Assembly: GCA_018819305.1 (NCBI GenBank)
Contig: JAHJQO010000010.1
Location: forward strand, 8,429-72,428
Source of the DNA: Nanobdellota archaeon
GTDB taxonomy: Archaea; Nanobdellota; Nanobdellia; Woesearchaeales; SM23-78
Reading direction: 5' to 3'
Length of the DNA: 64,000 nucleotides
Under the pieces are notes generated by a model that worked only from the letters and a program-made list of their open reading frames with translations, had not been told where the DNA came from and made no database searches. Positions within the stretch are counted from its first letter, which is position 1. Each line of letters starts with the position of its first letter. Below are positions 9,835-19,100 of the stretch, piece after piece. Position numbers and translations under genes: made by a program.

Positions 9835-10692
9835 ATGGTGCTTGAATCACTGGTCAGTCCTTTTAAAGCAGAGCAAAAGCCTGTTAAGCTGCTCTTTTTA
9901 GGTGCTGTTTTCTGCAGTATTGCGATTCTTCTCAGCCTTTGGATTTTTAAGTCCCAGGCAAGCCTTATAATGGTGTTTCTTATTTCCATGGCAGCATTAC
10001 CATTAGTTTTTAACACGATTAAAATGGAAGAAGAAAAGGATTTAGAAGGTATGGAAGAAAAATGGCTGTTAAAAGAACATGTCAAAGCATTAAAAGTGTT
10101 TATGTATTTATTTATTGGAGTAACAGTTGCATTTTCATTTTGGTATCTTTTACTTCCTTCAGCTACTGTTACAGGACTATTTCAATCACAAACAGCCACA
10201 ATCAATGCTATTAATGGCAGAGTGACCGGGCATTTGGGTTTTAGCGCTAACATGGGATTTTTTTCTAAAATATTCTTGAATAATGTTAAGGTTCTTATTT
10301 TTTGCATACTTTTTTCTTTTGTATATGGTTCAGGAGCAATATTTATACTGATGTGGAATGCTTCTGTAATTGGCACTGCAATTGGAAATTTTATGCGAAG
10401 CGAGATAGCCAAAGCAGTTCATCTGATTGGCTTTGAAAAGGTTGCGCACTATTTCCAAGTCATTAGTTTAGGGTTATTAAGATATTCGATTCACGGTATA
10501 CCTGAAATTTTGGCATATTTTGTAGGTGGACTTGCAGGAGGAATAATAGGAATAGCCATTATAAAACATGATTTTGGTACAAATAAGTTTGAACATATAC
10601 TTCTTGACTCTGCAGACCTATTGCTTTTAAGTCTGGGAATTTTGTTTATAGCAGCGATTTTAGAAGTTTTTGTGACGCCTGCGATATTTTAA
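9835..10692 (+). CDS. Polytopic membrane protein, SpoIIM/DUF95-like
   Basis: Multiple TM helices and the segment NNVKVLIFCILFSFVYGSGAIFILMWNASVIG resemble the stage II sporulation protein M family. Family assignment is from memory only. Confidence 0.4.
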   Translation: MVLESLVSPFKAEQKPVKLLFLGAVFCSIAILLSLWIFKSQASLIMVFLISMAALPLVFNTIKMEEEKDLEGMEEKWLLKEHVKALKVFMYLFIGVTVAFSFWYLLLPSATVTGLFQSQTATINAINGRVTGHLGFSANMGFFSKIFLNNVKVLIFCILFSFVYGSGAIFILMWNASVIGTAIGNFMRSEIAKAVHLIGFEKVAHYFQVISLGLLRYSIHGIPEILAYFVGGLAGGIIGIAIIKHDFGTNKFEHILLDSADLLLLSLGILFIAAILEVFVTPAIF

Positions 10693-10720
10693 TTGGGAAA
10701 TATACGCAGTGCAATAACTT

Positions 10721-11344
10721 TTACTCAAGTATCTTTAACTTACCAGGCCGAACTTCAAAGATTTCTCCTTCTTCAATAAGCTTTTGAATCAGTTCTTCTG
10801 CATTCTTTGCCTGGCTTCGTTTTATTACTTCTTCTGTTTCTGCGCCTTCTCCAGTGTCAAGGTCTTTTATGAACTCAAGAATTTTTTGAAAATAATTAAC
10901 TGGCTGAGTATCTCCTTTTACAGGAATCCTGTTTTCAACTTTTTTTACTTTAATTTTTTTTCTCAGCACTTCTAATTTTAGCTGCCTGTACACACCCCAT
11001 TTTTGCTCAATTTTTTTTACAATTTCAGGCAAAACATATTTTTGCTCATTATAAATTCGCGGTCTTCCTATAATCAAAACTAAGTCTCCTACATTGATAT
11101 TTTCAAATGCATCATTTTCAAAGCTTCTAAGAAGAATACGTCCGCTGCCATCATCTATGACTACGCTTCCGCCTTGTTCTTTGCTTACAATAACTCCTGT
11201 AAGATTAACACGGGAAATATCTCCATAAGCAGTTGAGAAATAACTAGGGTTCCAGCCCTCTGTTTTAACAAAACTCCCATTAAGTAAATCATTCACTTTA
11301 CACATAAATGCGGTTTCTCTTTTGATTTGAGCCATAAAAATCAA
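10721..11344 (-). CDS. OB-fold nucleic-acid-binding protein with C-terminal winged helix (RPA32/Stn1-like)
   Basis: OB core VNLTGVIVSKEQGGSVVIDDGSGRILLRSF...VGDLVLIIGRPRIYNEQKYVLPEIV and a C-terminal wH-like tail. Adjacent to mcm. The start may be the fourth codon (MAQIK). Confidence 0.5.
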   Translation of the reverse strand: MIFMAQIKRETAFMCKVNDLLNGSFVKTEGWNPSYFSTAYGDISRVNLTGVIVSKEQGGSVVIDDGSGRILLRSFENDAFENINVGDLVLIIGRPRIYNEQKYVLPEIVKKIEQKWGVYRQLKLEVLRKKIKVKKVENRIPVKGDTQPVNYFQKILEFIKDLDTGEGAETEEVIKRSQAKNAEELIQKLIEEGEIFEVRPGKLKILE

Positions 11345-11374
11345 CTATTTTTTCAACTAAGTACTTTTTTGTTA

Positions 11375-13390
11375 TCAAATTCTTGAAATCACTCCGTGCT
11401 TTGGACTAAATATGTCTCCTGAACGTTTTAGTTTTTCAATAACATCATTTAATTTGTTTTTATCCACGCCTCTTATTTCTGCTTCTCTTTCAACATCCTC
11501 TAGAGGAATTGTTTTTCCAAGAACTTTTTCAAGTTCATTAATTACCTCTCTGACAATAACAATTTCATTTCTTTGAGAAGCACTAATACCTGTAACCAGC
11601 CGGTCAATATCAATTTTTCCTGTGTCAGGATCCATACCAATCTGGCTTAGGCAATAATGAATAATATCTATTGCCCGTCTAGCATCTTTTTTTGTAACTT
11701 TTTCTCTGAGCTCTACCTTTGCACTGGCTTCACTAAGTCGTATCAATGCTTCTAATTGCCTTGCACTAATAGGGATTGTCTTTATACCTGAGTCTCCACT
11801 ATCCATATTGCGCATTGTGACAAAGAAGTCCTTTATTTCATTTAGGGCAACATCTGTTAATTTTGGGAAAATTTTTCTTCTGGCATAAGAAACATATTTT
11901 TTTAATAACTCTGAACTAATTACTGTTTCTTGCTTTTCAGATGTTTGATGCAGTCTTAAAATAAAATTTGCCATTTTTTCATCTTTTTCTTTATTTGGCA
12001 GATCTCTAAAAGGAAAAATTAAATCAAAACGATTAATTAGAGTTGTTGGAAGTTCGATTTGCTTAGCAATCATTTCATAAGGGTCAAATCTCCCAAATTT
12101 TGGATTTGCAGCGGCAAGAACAGTGGTTTCAGCTTTTAATGTTGCCTGAATATTTGCTTTGCTAATACTGATTGTCTGCTGTTCAAGTGCTTCGTGCATA
12201 GCACTCTGGTCTTCAGGCGTCATTTTATCAAGTTCATCAATACAGCATATTCCTTTGTTTGTCAGAACCAATGCGCCTGCTTCCAATGCCCATCCTCTGA
12301 GAAATTCATCTTTTACAACAGTTGCAGTTAGTCCTGCGCCTGTTGCTCCTTTTCCACTTACATATCTGCTCTTAGGAGCTATCACGCTAACTCTTTTTAG
12401 AAGCTGTGACTTGCCACTTCCAGGGTCGCCAATAAGCAATATATGGATGTCTCCTCGTGTAATGTCTCCTCTATCTCTTTTCTTTATCACACCTCCCAGC
12501 ATCTGAAGTAATATTGCTTCTTTTACTTTTTCATGACCATAAATGCTTGGTGCAAGAGATTCTGTTAGTTTTTCAAAAATCCTTTTATCTTTTGAAAGCT
12601 CTAATATCTCTTGTTCCTCTTCTTCACTAATATCTAAATCATAAAAATCTTCTTGAATAGGTTCTACATTGTTCGCATCACTGAAAAGATCAAATCTAGT
12701 GGTTCTGATTCCTGCTATTTCAATAGGTACTTCTTTGATAATACCAACGACATTTATTTTATTGCCTGGATTAGTTTTTTTATCACTCATAGGACTGACT
12801 AAATCACTTTTTAAAAATATGTTCAGACGTTTTGGTTGTTCTCCTCCTCCCAAGTCTTCAGGTGCTTCTTCTAATACAAGTTTTTGAGCGTCTACTAATT
12901 CTTTTGATATTAATCTGAATTTTCCGCGTCTTCCGCAGCTGCATCTGCTTGGTTCTTTGAATTTGGTGTCTAATTGAAGAACTGCAATGATATTACCGCA
13001 GCTAGGGCATTCAAAACGTGCACTCGTAACCTGAGGCCTGACATCACTTTTTTGCCTGACCAGGCCTTCCAGTTCAATTAATTTTCCAATATGTTTGCTA
13101 CGGATGTTTCTTATCTGTGCTTTTTGCGATTCAGGTAGATTAAAGAACCTGATTTTAAAATTCTGAGTGTCTCCGTCGATATCAAAGCTTTCAACAGTTA
13201 GTTCAGCAGCCTTTATTATTTCTTCTGGTTTCTCAAGTAGTAGTTCTGCAAGTTCAGGGTTAAATTTTGACAATAAATTAAAATTTACTTTAAGATATTT
13301 TTCTCCTTTGCTAACCTGACGTAGAAGATCTTTATAATAATCTGTTTCAATAAATTTATGAAACAAATTCATTTGTTCTGTAACATCCAC
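11375..13390 (-). CDS. mcm: MCM replicative helicase
   Basis: Zinc motif CPSCGN..CSCG, Walker A GDPGSGKS, Walker B CCIDELDKM, arginine finger SRFDLIF, and a C-terminal wH. Confidence 0.95.
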   Translation of the reverse strand: MDVTEQMNLFHKFIETDYYKDLLRQVSKGEKYLKVNFNLLSKFNPELAELLLEKPEEIIKAAELTVESFDIDGDTQNFKIRFFNLPESQKAQIRNIRSKHIGKLIELEGLVRQKSDVRPQVTSARFECPSCGNIIAVLQLDTKFKEPSRCSCGRRGKFRLISKELVDAQKLVLEEAPEDLGGGEQPKRLNIFLKSDLVSPMSDKKTNPGNKINVVGIIKEVPIEIAGIRTTRFDLFSDANNVEPIQEDFYDLDISEEEEQEILELSKDKRIFEKLTESLAPSIYGHEKVKEAILLQMLGGVIKKRDRGDITRGDIHILLIGDPGSGKSQLLKRVSVIAPKSRYVSGKGATGAGLTATVVKDEFLRGWALEAGALVLTNKGICCIDELDKMTPEDQSAMHEALEQQTISISKANIQATLKAETTVLAAANPKFGRFDPYEMIAKQIELPTTLINRFDLIFPFRDLPNKEKDEKMANFILRLHQTSEKQETVISSELLKKYVSYARRKIFPKLTDVALNEIKDFFVTMRNMDSGDSGIKTIPISARQLEALIRLSEASAKVELREKVTKKDARRAIDIIHYCLSQIGMDPDTGKIDIDRLVTGISASQRNEIVIVREVINELEKVLGKTIPLEDVEREAEIRGVDKNKLNDVIEKLKRSGDIFSPKHGVISRI

Positions 13391-13455
13391 TACCCATCAC
13401 CCTCAACTTAAATATTTTTAAGTTTATATTGATTTAAAAATATGAAAAAATAATT

Positions 13456-14217
13456 TTATTTAATTGCTTTTAAGGTTTCAACCAGCTTGTCAAGAGCTGC
13501 ATGAACCTCTGCTTCGGACTTAGTTCCTGTGCAAACCACTTTTCCATTGCTAAACAGCAAAAATGTGGCTTTTGCTTCCATCAATTTATAAACCAGTCCT
13601 GGAAATTGTTCAGGTTCATATTCTGTATTGTCTAATTTCATAGCTAAAACATTTAAATTAAGATCCATACCAATACTTCCACTCGCAACAATGTTCTGAA
13701 TATTTAGTTTTGGTTTAATAGTAATATTAATACCTATTTTCTTTAGGCTTTCTATGATTCGGTCAATGCTTTCCTCCACTTTCTCAATGCTTCTAGCTCC
13801 TGTGCAAACCACTTTTCCTGAACTAAAGATTAAAGCAGAAGTTTTAGGATCCTTTATTCTAATTACTAGTCCTGGAAATTGTTCAGGATTATATTCAGTG
13901 TTGCTCAATGTTGCAGCCATTTTCTCAAGTGGAATATCATGCTCTAAGCTTGTTGATACAACTATATTAACAATACGGATATCTTTTGGTCCCGCATTAG
14001 CATATTTTTCAGATACTTTTTTGACACTTGATTTAATAGTTTGAACAGGCTTCTTTTTTACCTTTGCCAGTGATTTTTTTGCTACCTTTTTTACTAGTTT
14101 TTTTTGAATAGTCTTTTTGACTATTTTTTTAGCAATTATTTTCTTTTTTGGCTTTGAAACTTTTTTTGCTGTCTTCTTTTTAACAGCTTTCTTGGTTTTA
14201 TTTGTTTTTTTCACCAT
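13456..14217 (-). CDS. tbp: TATA-box binding protein with about 75-aa lysine-rich N-terminal extension
   Basis: Two TBP repeats (NPEQFPGLVIRIKDPKTSALIFSSGKVVCTG and EPEQFPGLVYKLMEAKATFLLFSNGKVVCTG) follow MVKKTNKTKKAVKKKTAKKVSKPKKK.... There is no in-frame ATG/GTG/TTG between the tail and the TBP fold. Confidence 0.9.
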   Translation of the reverse strand: MVKKTNKTKKAVKKKTAKKVSKPKKKIIAKKIVKKTIQKKLVKKVAKKSLAKVKKKPVQTIKSSVKKVSEKYANAGPKDIRIVNIVVSTSLEHDIPLEKMAATLSNTEYNPEQFPGLVIRIKDPKTSALIFSSGKVVCTGARSIEKVEESIDRIIESLKKIGINITIKPKLNIQNIVASGSIGMDLNLNVLAMKLDNTEYEPEQFPGLVYKLMEAKATFLLFSNGKVVCTGTKSEAEVHAALDKLVETLKAIK

Positions 14218-14347
14218 TATGATTCCCCCTTATTTTACGTTTAGTCGAGAGCTTTATAAACCCTTTATAAAGGAGAAAATCCAGCCCATTTATAAATGCT
14301 TTTATCCTGAAAAATAGGTTTAACAAAGATTGTTTTGAAAAACATAA

Positions 14348-14371
14348 GCCCCCATGATTTCCTATGGAAAC
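14348..14371 (-). promoter_or_regulatory. ORB-type box (second cluster, copy a)
   Basis: The reverse complement reads gtTTCCAtagGAAAtcatgGGGGC. Confidence 0.5.
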
Positions 14372-14431
14372 ACAGTTCTTCCGTTTAATAAACAGATTTA
14401 ACGCAAAATAAAGCGTCCAGTATACCTTTAA

Positions 14432-14454
14432 CCCCCCATGATTTCCACTGGAAA
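14432..14454 (-). promoter_or_regulatory. ORB-type box (second cluster, copy b)
   Basis: The reverse complement reads tttTCCAgtgGAAAtcatgGGGGGG, the best match to the palindromic TCCAGTGGA core plus G-string. Confidence 0.55.
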
Positions 14455-14575
14455 ATAACAGGAATTAATGGTTTTTTTGTTATTTTTAGGATTTATGGTA
14501 TTTTAAGCTTTGTTCCGAATTTCACTTCGTTCGATAAATAAAGGCTTCTTGGACAAAGAAGGTATCTTAAAAACA

Positions 14576-14585
14576 TTTATATATA
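14576..14585 (+). promoter_or_regulatory. TATA box for the 14612 gene
   Basis: aaaacaTTTATATATa ends 26 nt before ATG 14612, which implies a leaderless mRNA. Confidence 0.45.
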
Positions 14586-14611
14586 AGCAGATTAAAAATA
14601 TATTTAGGAAA

Positions 14612-15310
14612 ATGATAGGGTGGTTTAGGAAAAAAGTTAAATTAGAGCAGATGAATTCAGGTTTAGTGTCAGCTTTTTCTAGGATTCGTGAAGATCTTGC
14701 TTCTCAGAAGAAGTTTTTAGAAGATATGTATGAACAACATCATGGTTTTAAGGGATCTACAACCTTAAATCATCAGAGGATTGCAGATTGGATACATCAT
14801 TTTGATAAATCTATTATTCACCTTGAGAAAAACGTGATGGTTTTAGAGAAATCTATTCGTGAAGACTTTCAAAATCTTACTTCTACTTCACTTAATTTGT
14901 TCAAAGAAGCATATGCAAAGAATATTAAGGATGTAAAAGCTGTAAAACAAGAGATTCTTAAGGAAGTCGAGGTTTTTATGAAGGATTATGAAGAAAAACA
15001 GCAAATTAAGCTCAAAGCTAATGTTGATAATGTTGATAATGTTAGTAATGTTAAAAAAATAATGCCTGAGCCACATTATGATGGTTTATCCAATCCCGAA
15101 AGATGGCTCGTAGGGGTTTTGTTTAATGCTGACAATCCTTTATCTTATTCTCAGATTGCTCAGAAAACTGGAAAGACAATTAATACTGTTCGCGTCTATA
15201 TGAACCAATTAAAATTTAAAAGTTTAGTAGATGAAAGCACGCTTCCAAATGGTATAAAACTTTTTAGTCTTCAACATAAAGCAAAAGTAAAAAAACTTTA
15301 TAATCTTTAG
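14612..15310 (+). CDS. Coiled-coil protein with C-terminal winged-helix DNA-binding domain
   Basis: The ORF opens at 14510, but the TATA box at 14576 lies inside that extension, so ATG 14612 (MIGWFRKK) is the likely start. C-terminus: LSYSQIAQKTGKTINTVRVYMNQLKFKSLV (wHTH). Confidence 0.55.
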   Translation: MIGWFRKKVKLEQMNSGLVSAFSRIREDLASQKKFLEDMYEQHHGFKGSTTLNHQRIADWIHHFDKSIIHLEKNVMVLEKSIREDFQNLTSTSLNLFKEAYAKNIKDVKAVKQEILKEVEVFMKDYEEKQQIKLKANVDNVDNVSNVKKIMPEPHYDGLSNPERWLVGVLFNADNPLSYSQIAQKTGKTINTVRVYMNQLKFKSLVDESTLPNGIKLFSLQHKAKVKKLYNL

Positions 15311-15313
15311 ACC

Positions 15314-15354
15314 CATTATAATGTGTTATAATGCGCATTATAATGCATTATAAC
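15314..15354. repeat. Four tandem copies of a 10-nt palindromic motif CATTATAATG
   Basis: cattataatg-tgttataatg-cg-cattataatg-cattataacg read directly, immediately after the stop of the wHTH gene. Confidence 0.6.
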
Positions 15355-15505
15355 GCCTTTTTGAGATTTTTGATATTTTATTTTTTTCTTGACAAATAAC
15401 TAATGTCTAGGTCTTTGAGGAGTACAAAAAGAATAAATAAGAATCCTTCTATTAAGTGTTTAAATTGGAAAATTATAAAAGCAAACCCTGCTAACTATAT
15501 ATATT

Positions 15506-16048
15506 ATGAAGATTGATATTGTGATTCCAAAAAATAATGAACAAGAAATTTTAGATATGGCTATTCAGCTTGGTTTTAAAGAGTTGATTTTCCTTTACAC
15601 TGATTTGAACAAAAAGCCTTTGGTTTTGAAATCTGATAAAATCAAACTCTATACTGCGGGTTTGGCAATGCAGACAAAAGATGTAGATAAAGCAGGTAAA
15701 AATTATGACTTTGTGTTTGGGCCTGCTCAAAGAGCTTTTTTTGAGAACAAAAAAATCAAATACCTTGTGAATGCTGAAACAGATGAAAAAAAGGATTTTT
15801 TATATCAAAAAAGAGCAGGTCTTGATGATGTGATGTGTCGCTTAGCTAAAGAGAAAAATCAGATAATTGTGTTCAATATGCAAATCATAGCTGAAAAACC
15901 ATTAGTTTTGGCAAGAATGGTGCAAAATGCCAAATTGTGCAGAAAATATAAAGTTGATTTTCTTGCGGCGTCATTTGCCACATCTCCTTTGGAAATGAGA
16001 TCGCCTATAGATATTGATGGTTTTTCAAGAATGATTAAACTTTTGTGA
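15506..16048 (+). CDS. rnp3: RNase P protein component 3 (Rpp30-like)
   Basis: The C-terminal segment ARMVQNAKLCRKYKVDFLAASFATSPLEMRSP parallels the conserved ARKY-V-(L/F)...S-A......LRSP region of archaeal Rpp30, as I recall the family. Confidence 0.55.
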   Translation: MKIDIVIPKNNEQEILDMAIQLGFKELIFLYTDLNKKPLVLKSDKIKLYTAGLAMQTKDVDKAGKNYDFVFGPAQRAFFENKKIKYLVNAETDEKKDFLYQKRAGLDDVMCRLAKEKNQIIVFNMQIIAEKPLVLARMVQNAKLCRKYKVDFLAASFATSPLEMRSPIDIDGFSRMIKLL

Positions 16049-16067
16049 TTTTTTATTGATTATCGTT

Positions 16068-16078
16068 AAATTTATATA
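16068..16078 (+). promoter_or_regulatory. TATA box for the surface-protein island
   Basis: aaaTTTATATA 47 nt upstream of ATG 16125, which has an SD (aGGGTGGg). Confidence 0.4.
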
Positions 16079-16124
16079 GTTATCTGATAAGAGAAAGATT
16101 AAAAAAGAAGGGTGGGTATATTTT

Positions 16125-19100
16125 ATGAAGAAGATTTCAAGAGTGTTTTTTCTTTTTGTTCTAATTATAATAGCTAGTTTGTTATTTTATATTCCTATTT
16201 CGATGAGTGTACCAAGTGATCAATGCTGTAATGTTGATGAGTGTGATGACTGCGAGCTTTGTAGTGGTAGTCCAGATTGTAGTTCTCAACCTTATGTTTA
16301 TGGTTCTTGCGTGCCTCAGGCAAACAAAGATCCGTGTAATTCCTGTAGTTCTGGTTATTGTGAATGCCGGGCAGGTGTTTGTGAAGATAAAACATGCTAT
16401 AATAATAATGATTGTGGAGATTGTCAAAAGTGTTCCAATAGTGCATGTACTGCTGATAATGCTGCAACATGTTCTTCTTGTTCTAGTGGTATTTGTGTTT
16501 GTTCTGGTGGTTCTTGCAAAAATCAATTTGCTGGGAAAGCTGTTTATAAAATTAAAAATGAACCAGACATACTTGAAAAGGCTAGTGTAAATAGATTTGC
16601 TTGTATAGGTCTTTCAGGAGTGAATATTATTGATGAGAATCCAACTAATTGGATATCAATTGGCAGTTCTGAAACTAAGTGCCTTGATAACAAAGTCATT
16701 TGTGGTTTTAAAGCAGGTGATGATGGTGATCAAGGTGAAATTGATTATATGAAATGTTGTAAACTTGATGCTGGCGGTAAGACTATTTCTCTTGTTGGTA
16801 CGGGTAATCTTGATCCTAACGGACGTAACACAGAAGCAATGTGCTCAGACAATGGAGTGGCTGTTTATGCAAAACAACTGAGCGATGATGGTGTACATGA
16901 AGTTTACTGTGCTAAGGTTTTAGTTGATGGCGTTGTTGCAGGGAGAATAAATACAGATGTTGGTTGGAAAGAAATAGATCGTGATGATGAAGCAATTATG
17001 TGTACAATGGGTTCTGGTTCTGGTAGCGACCCACCACCAGAAATTGATCCTAGAACTTTTAATTGTTCTGCAGCTGCTTGTGTTGCTAATCCTGAAAGAT
17101 GTAAAAAATGCTGTAAATGTGAAGGCGCTACTGGTCCTGGTTATTATAACGTCCCATCCAGCTGCAAACTAGCTAAAAAGAATTGCACTGAAATATATGA
17201 AATTCATGACGCTGCTATTGTTTGTGGATGTGGAAGTGCAAAGCCACCCTGTAACGTGATTGAAAAAGTAGGCGATTGTGGTGATTATCCTGATGAATGC
17301 AAATGGTGTCACACTCCAAGCCCAGAAATTTATCCTTATAATTTTTCAGCGATTTATGATGAAATTTTTGTTGATGCAGCAACTAAAAAAGCTTGTGTAA
17401 ATATAACTGCAGACCCTTTTAATTGTGGTGGCTGTGGTTTTGCTGATGCTGATGGAAAAAGCGAAACTGATTTTTTCTGTGGTTTTGAAAATAGGAATGA
17501 TCGTCCTGGAAGTCCTTTTTGTGTTGAAAGTGAATGTGTTGGTAGATCTGATGCAACTTCTGAGAATGTTGTTTTGCCAAGCAAAGAAAAAAATCCTTAT
17601 TTTTATTATGATGTAAAAACATCTGCAACTGCTTATGGTACTCAGTATTCTTCTGAATGGGGGGATGGCAGTTCATTACCTATTTATTTATCACATGATA
17701 TAGATAGTTCTGAAACTATTTGTTTGAGCAGTGAAATTGGTGGAACTGATTTTGTTGATGGACTTGGTTGTTGTGGTAATGGTAAATGTCGGGAAAAAGG
17801 AACTTCTATGTGTAATGTTAATGCTATCTGTGATGGCATATATTGGCATGATGCTACTGCTGATGAGGATAATGATGGAGAATATGATTCTAATGGAGAA
17901 ATTTTTAAAGCTCCTGATTGCGAGCAGGATGATAGTTATAATTATCCTATTGCTAATATAAATGGTATTTTTAAGCGGTGTGTTGATTTTGACAGACCTA
18001 GTGAATATGTTCAATCACGACACACTGGTATTTGTGCTCCTGATCTTGTTATGAATAACTCTGTTTGGTCAAATGCACTTATTGGAAATAATTATGCAAA
18101 GGTTACTGGTGCTAATGAAGGCGCTTCTGAGGCATTTGATTCAGGTTTGACTGGCGGCAGAGAATATGCATGCGGAAAGGATTATTATACTGTAGCAGGT
18201 AACAGAGGTCTTGTAGCTTCTCATGGAAATTTTTGTCCTGGCCATCCTATTGATGCAATAGAAGTAGAAGAAGCAGGTACTCGTGGTTCTTTTTTCATCT
18301 GCGATGCTTCAGGCGATACTTATACATTTGCAGCAATTTTAGATGCAGGAAGGATAATTTCAGGTGGTGAATCATTAGGAAGTGTTTTTATTCCAGAAGA
18401 TGATAATGCTCCTGGTAAGAATAGGTATGATATTTGTCCTGCTCCTGTTTTGGAATGGAAAGAAAAAACATCTGCAACTGCAACAGAGTATACTTCAGAA
18501 CCAAGAAATGAACTTGTTGTTCTTCCTTGTCCTGGAAAGATTTCTCTTTCTAATATGGACTTGGAAAATAGTTTTTTAATTAATAATATTGAAAGATCAT
18601 GGAGTGTTAGTTATGGTGGTGCATATTCTGTTACTGTTAATATTTGTAGGCCGCGTTTAGACGATACTGATAACAGTGGTAAGTATCCTCTTCCAAGAAC
18701 TTATTATTTCCTTAGCAACGGTACTATGATGGGTGATGTTAATAATAATTCTTATCTTTGCTTTACTGATGAAACCATGCTTCCTCAACATGATGAGCCT
18801 TCCAGAGCAAAAATTGGTGTTTGCTGTGGAGATGATGGTTGTGGTGATATAGATATAGGAAGTGGGGGAAATGAATATAACCCTGGTGATTATGTCAATG
18901 TGAGTGGCAAAATAGTTTATTGCATGCATAATGGAAGTTGGAGTGAAGACTTGGATTATAACGATACTGCAATTCAAGGAGCATGTTTAAGAGCAGGGCA
19001 TTTTGCAACAGATAATTTTTGCTGTGCAGAAAGTGATGATACAAGACCGTGGATTAGTGAATCTTATAATGATCCTGGCAGTGAATATGGTGCATGCTTC

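Noticed and set aside
12159-12887. Plus-strand ORFs of 115 aa and 72 aa.
   Set aside because: Both are antisense to the highly conserved AAA+ core of mcm and contain no motifs.
14225-14245. cccccttattttacgtttagt, a possible third, degenerate ORB next to the tbp start.
   Set aside because: Three mismatches in the 8-nt core, and the C-run doubles as the complement of the tbp SD. Too weak to call.
16182-16590. Three overlapping ORFs (16182-16526 minus, 16195-16470 minus, 16207-16590 plus) inside the 5' end of the 1529-aa gene. Similar ones occur at 16981, 17354-18014, 18382, 18657, 19265 and 19756.
   Set aside because: They lie within a long, well-supported ORF. Their translations are low-complexity (runs of T/I/R or V/L/M) generated by the TGT/TGC/GGT-rich Cys-Gly coding sequence read in other frames. 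None has a promoter or SD context.
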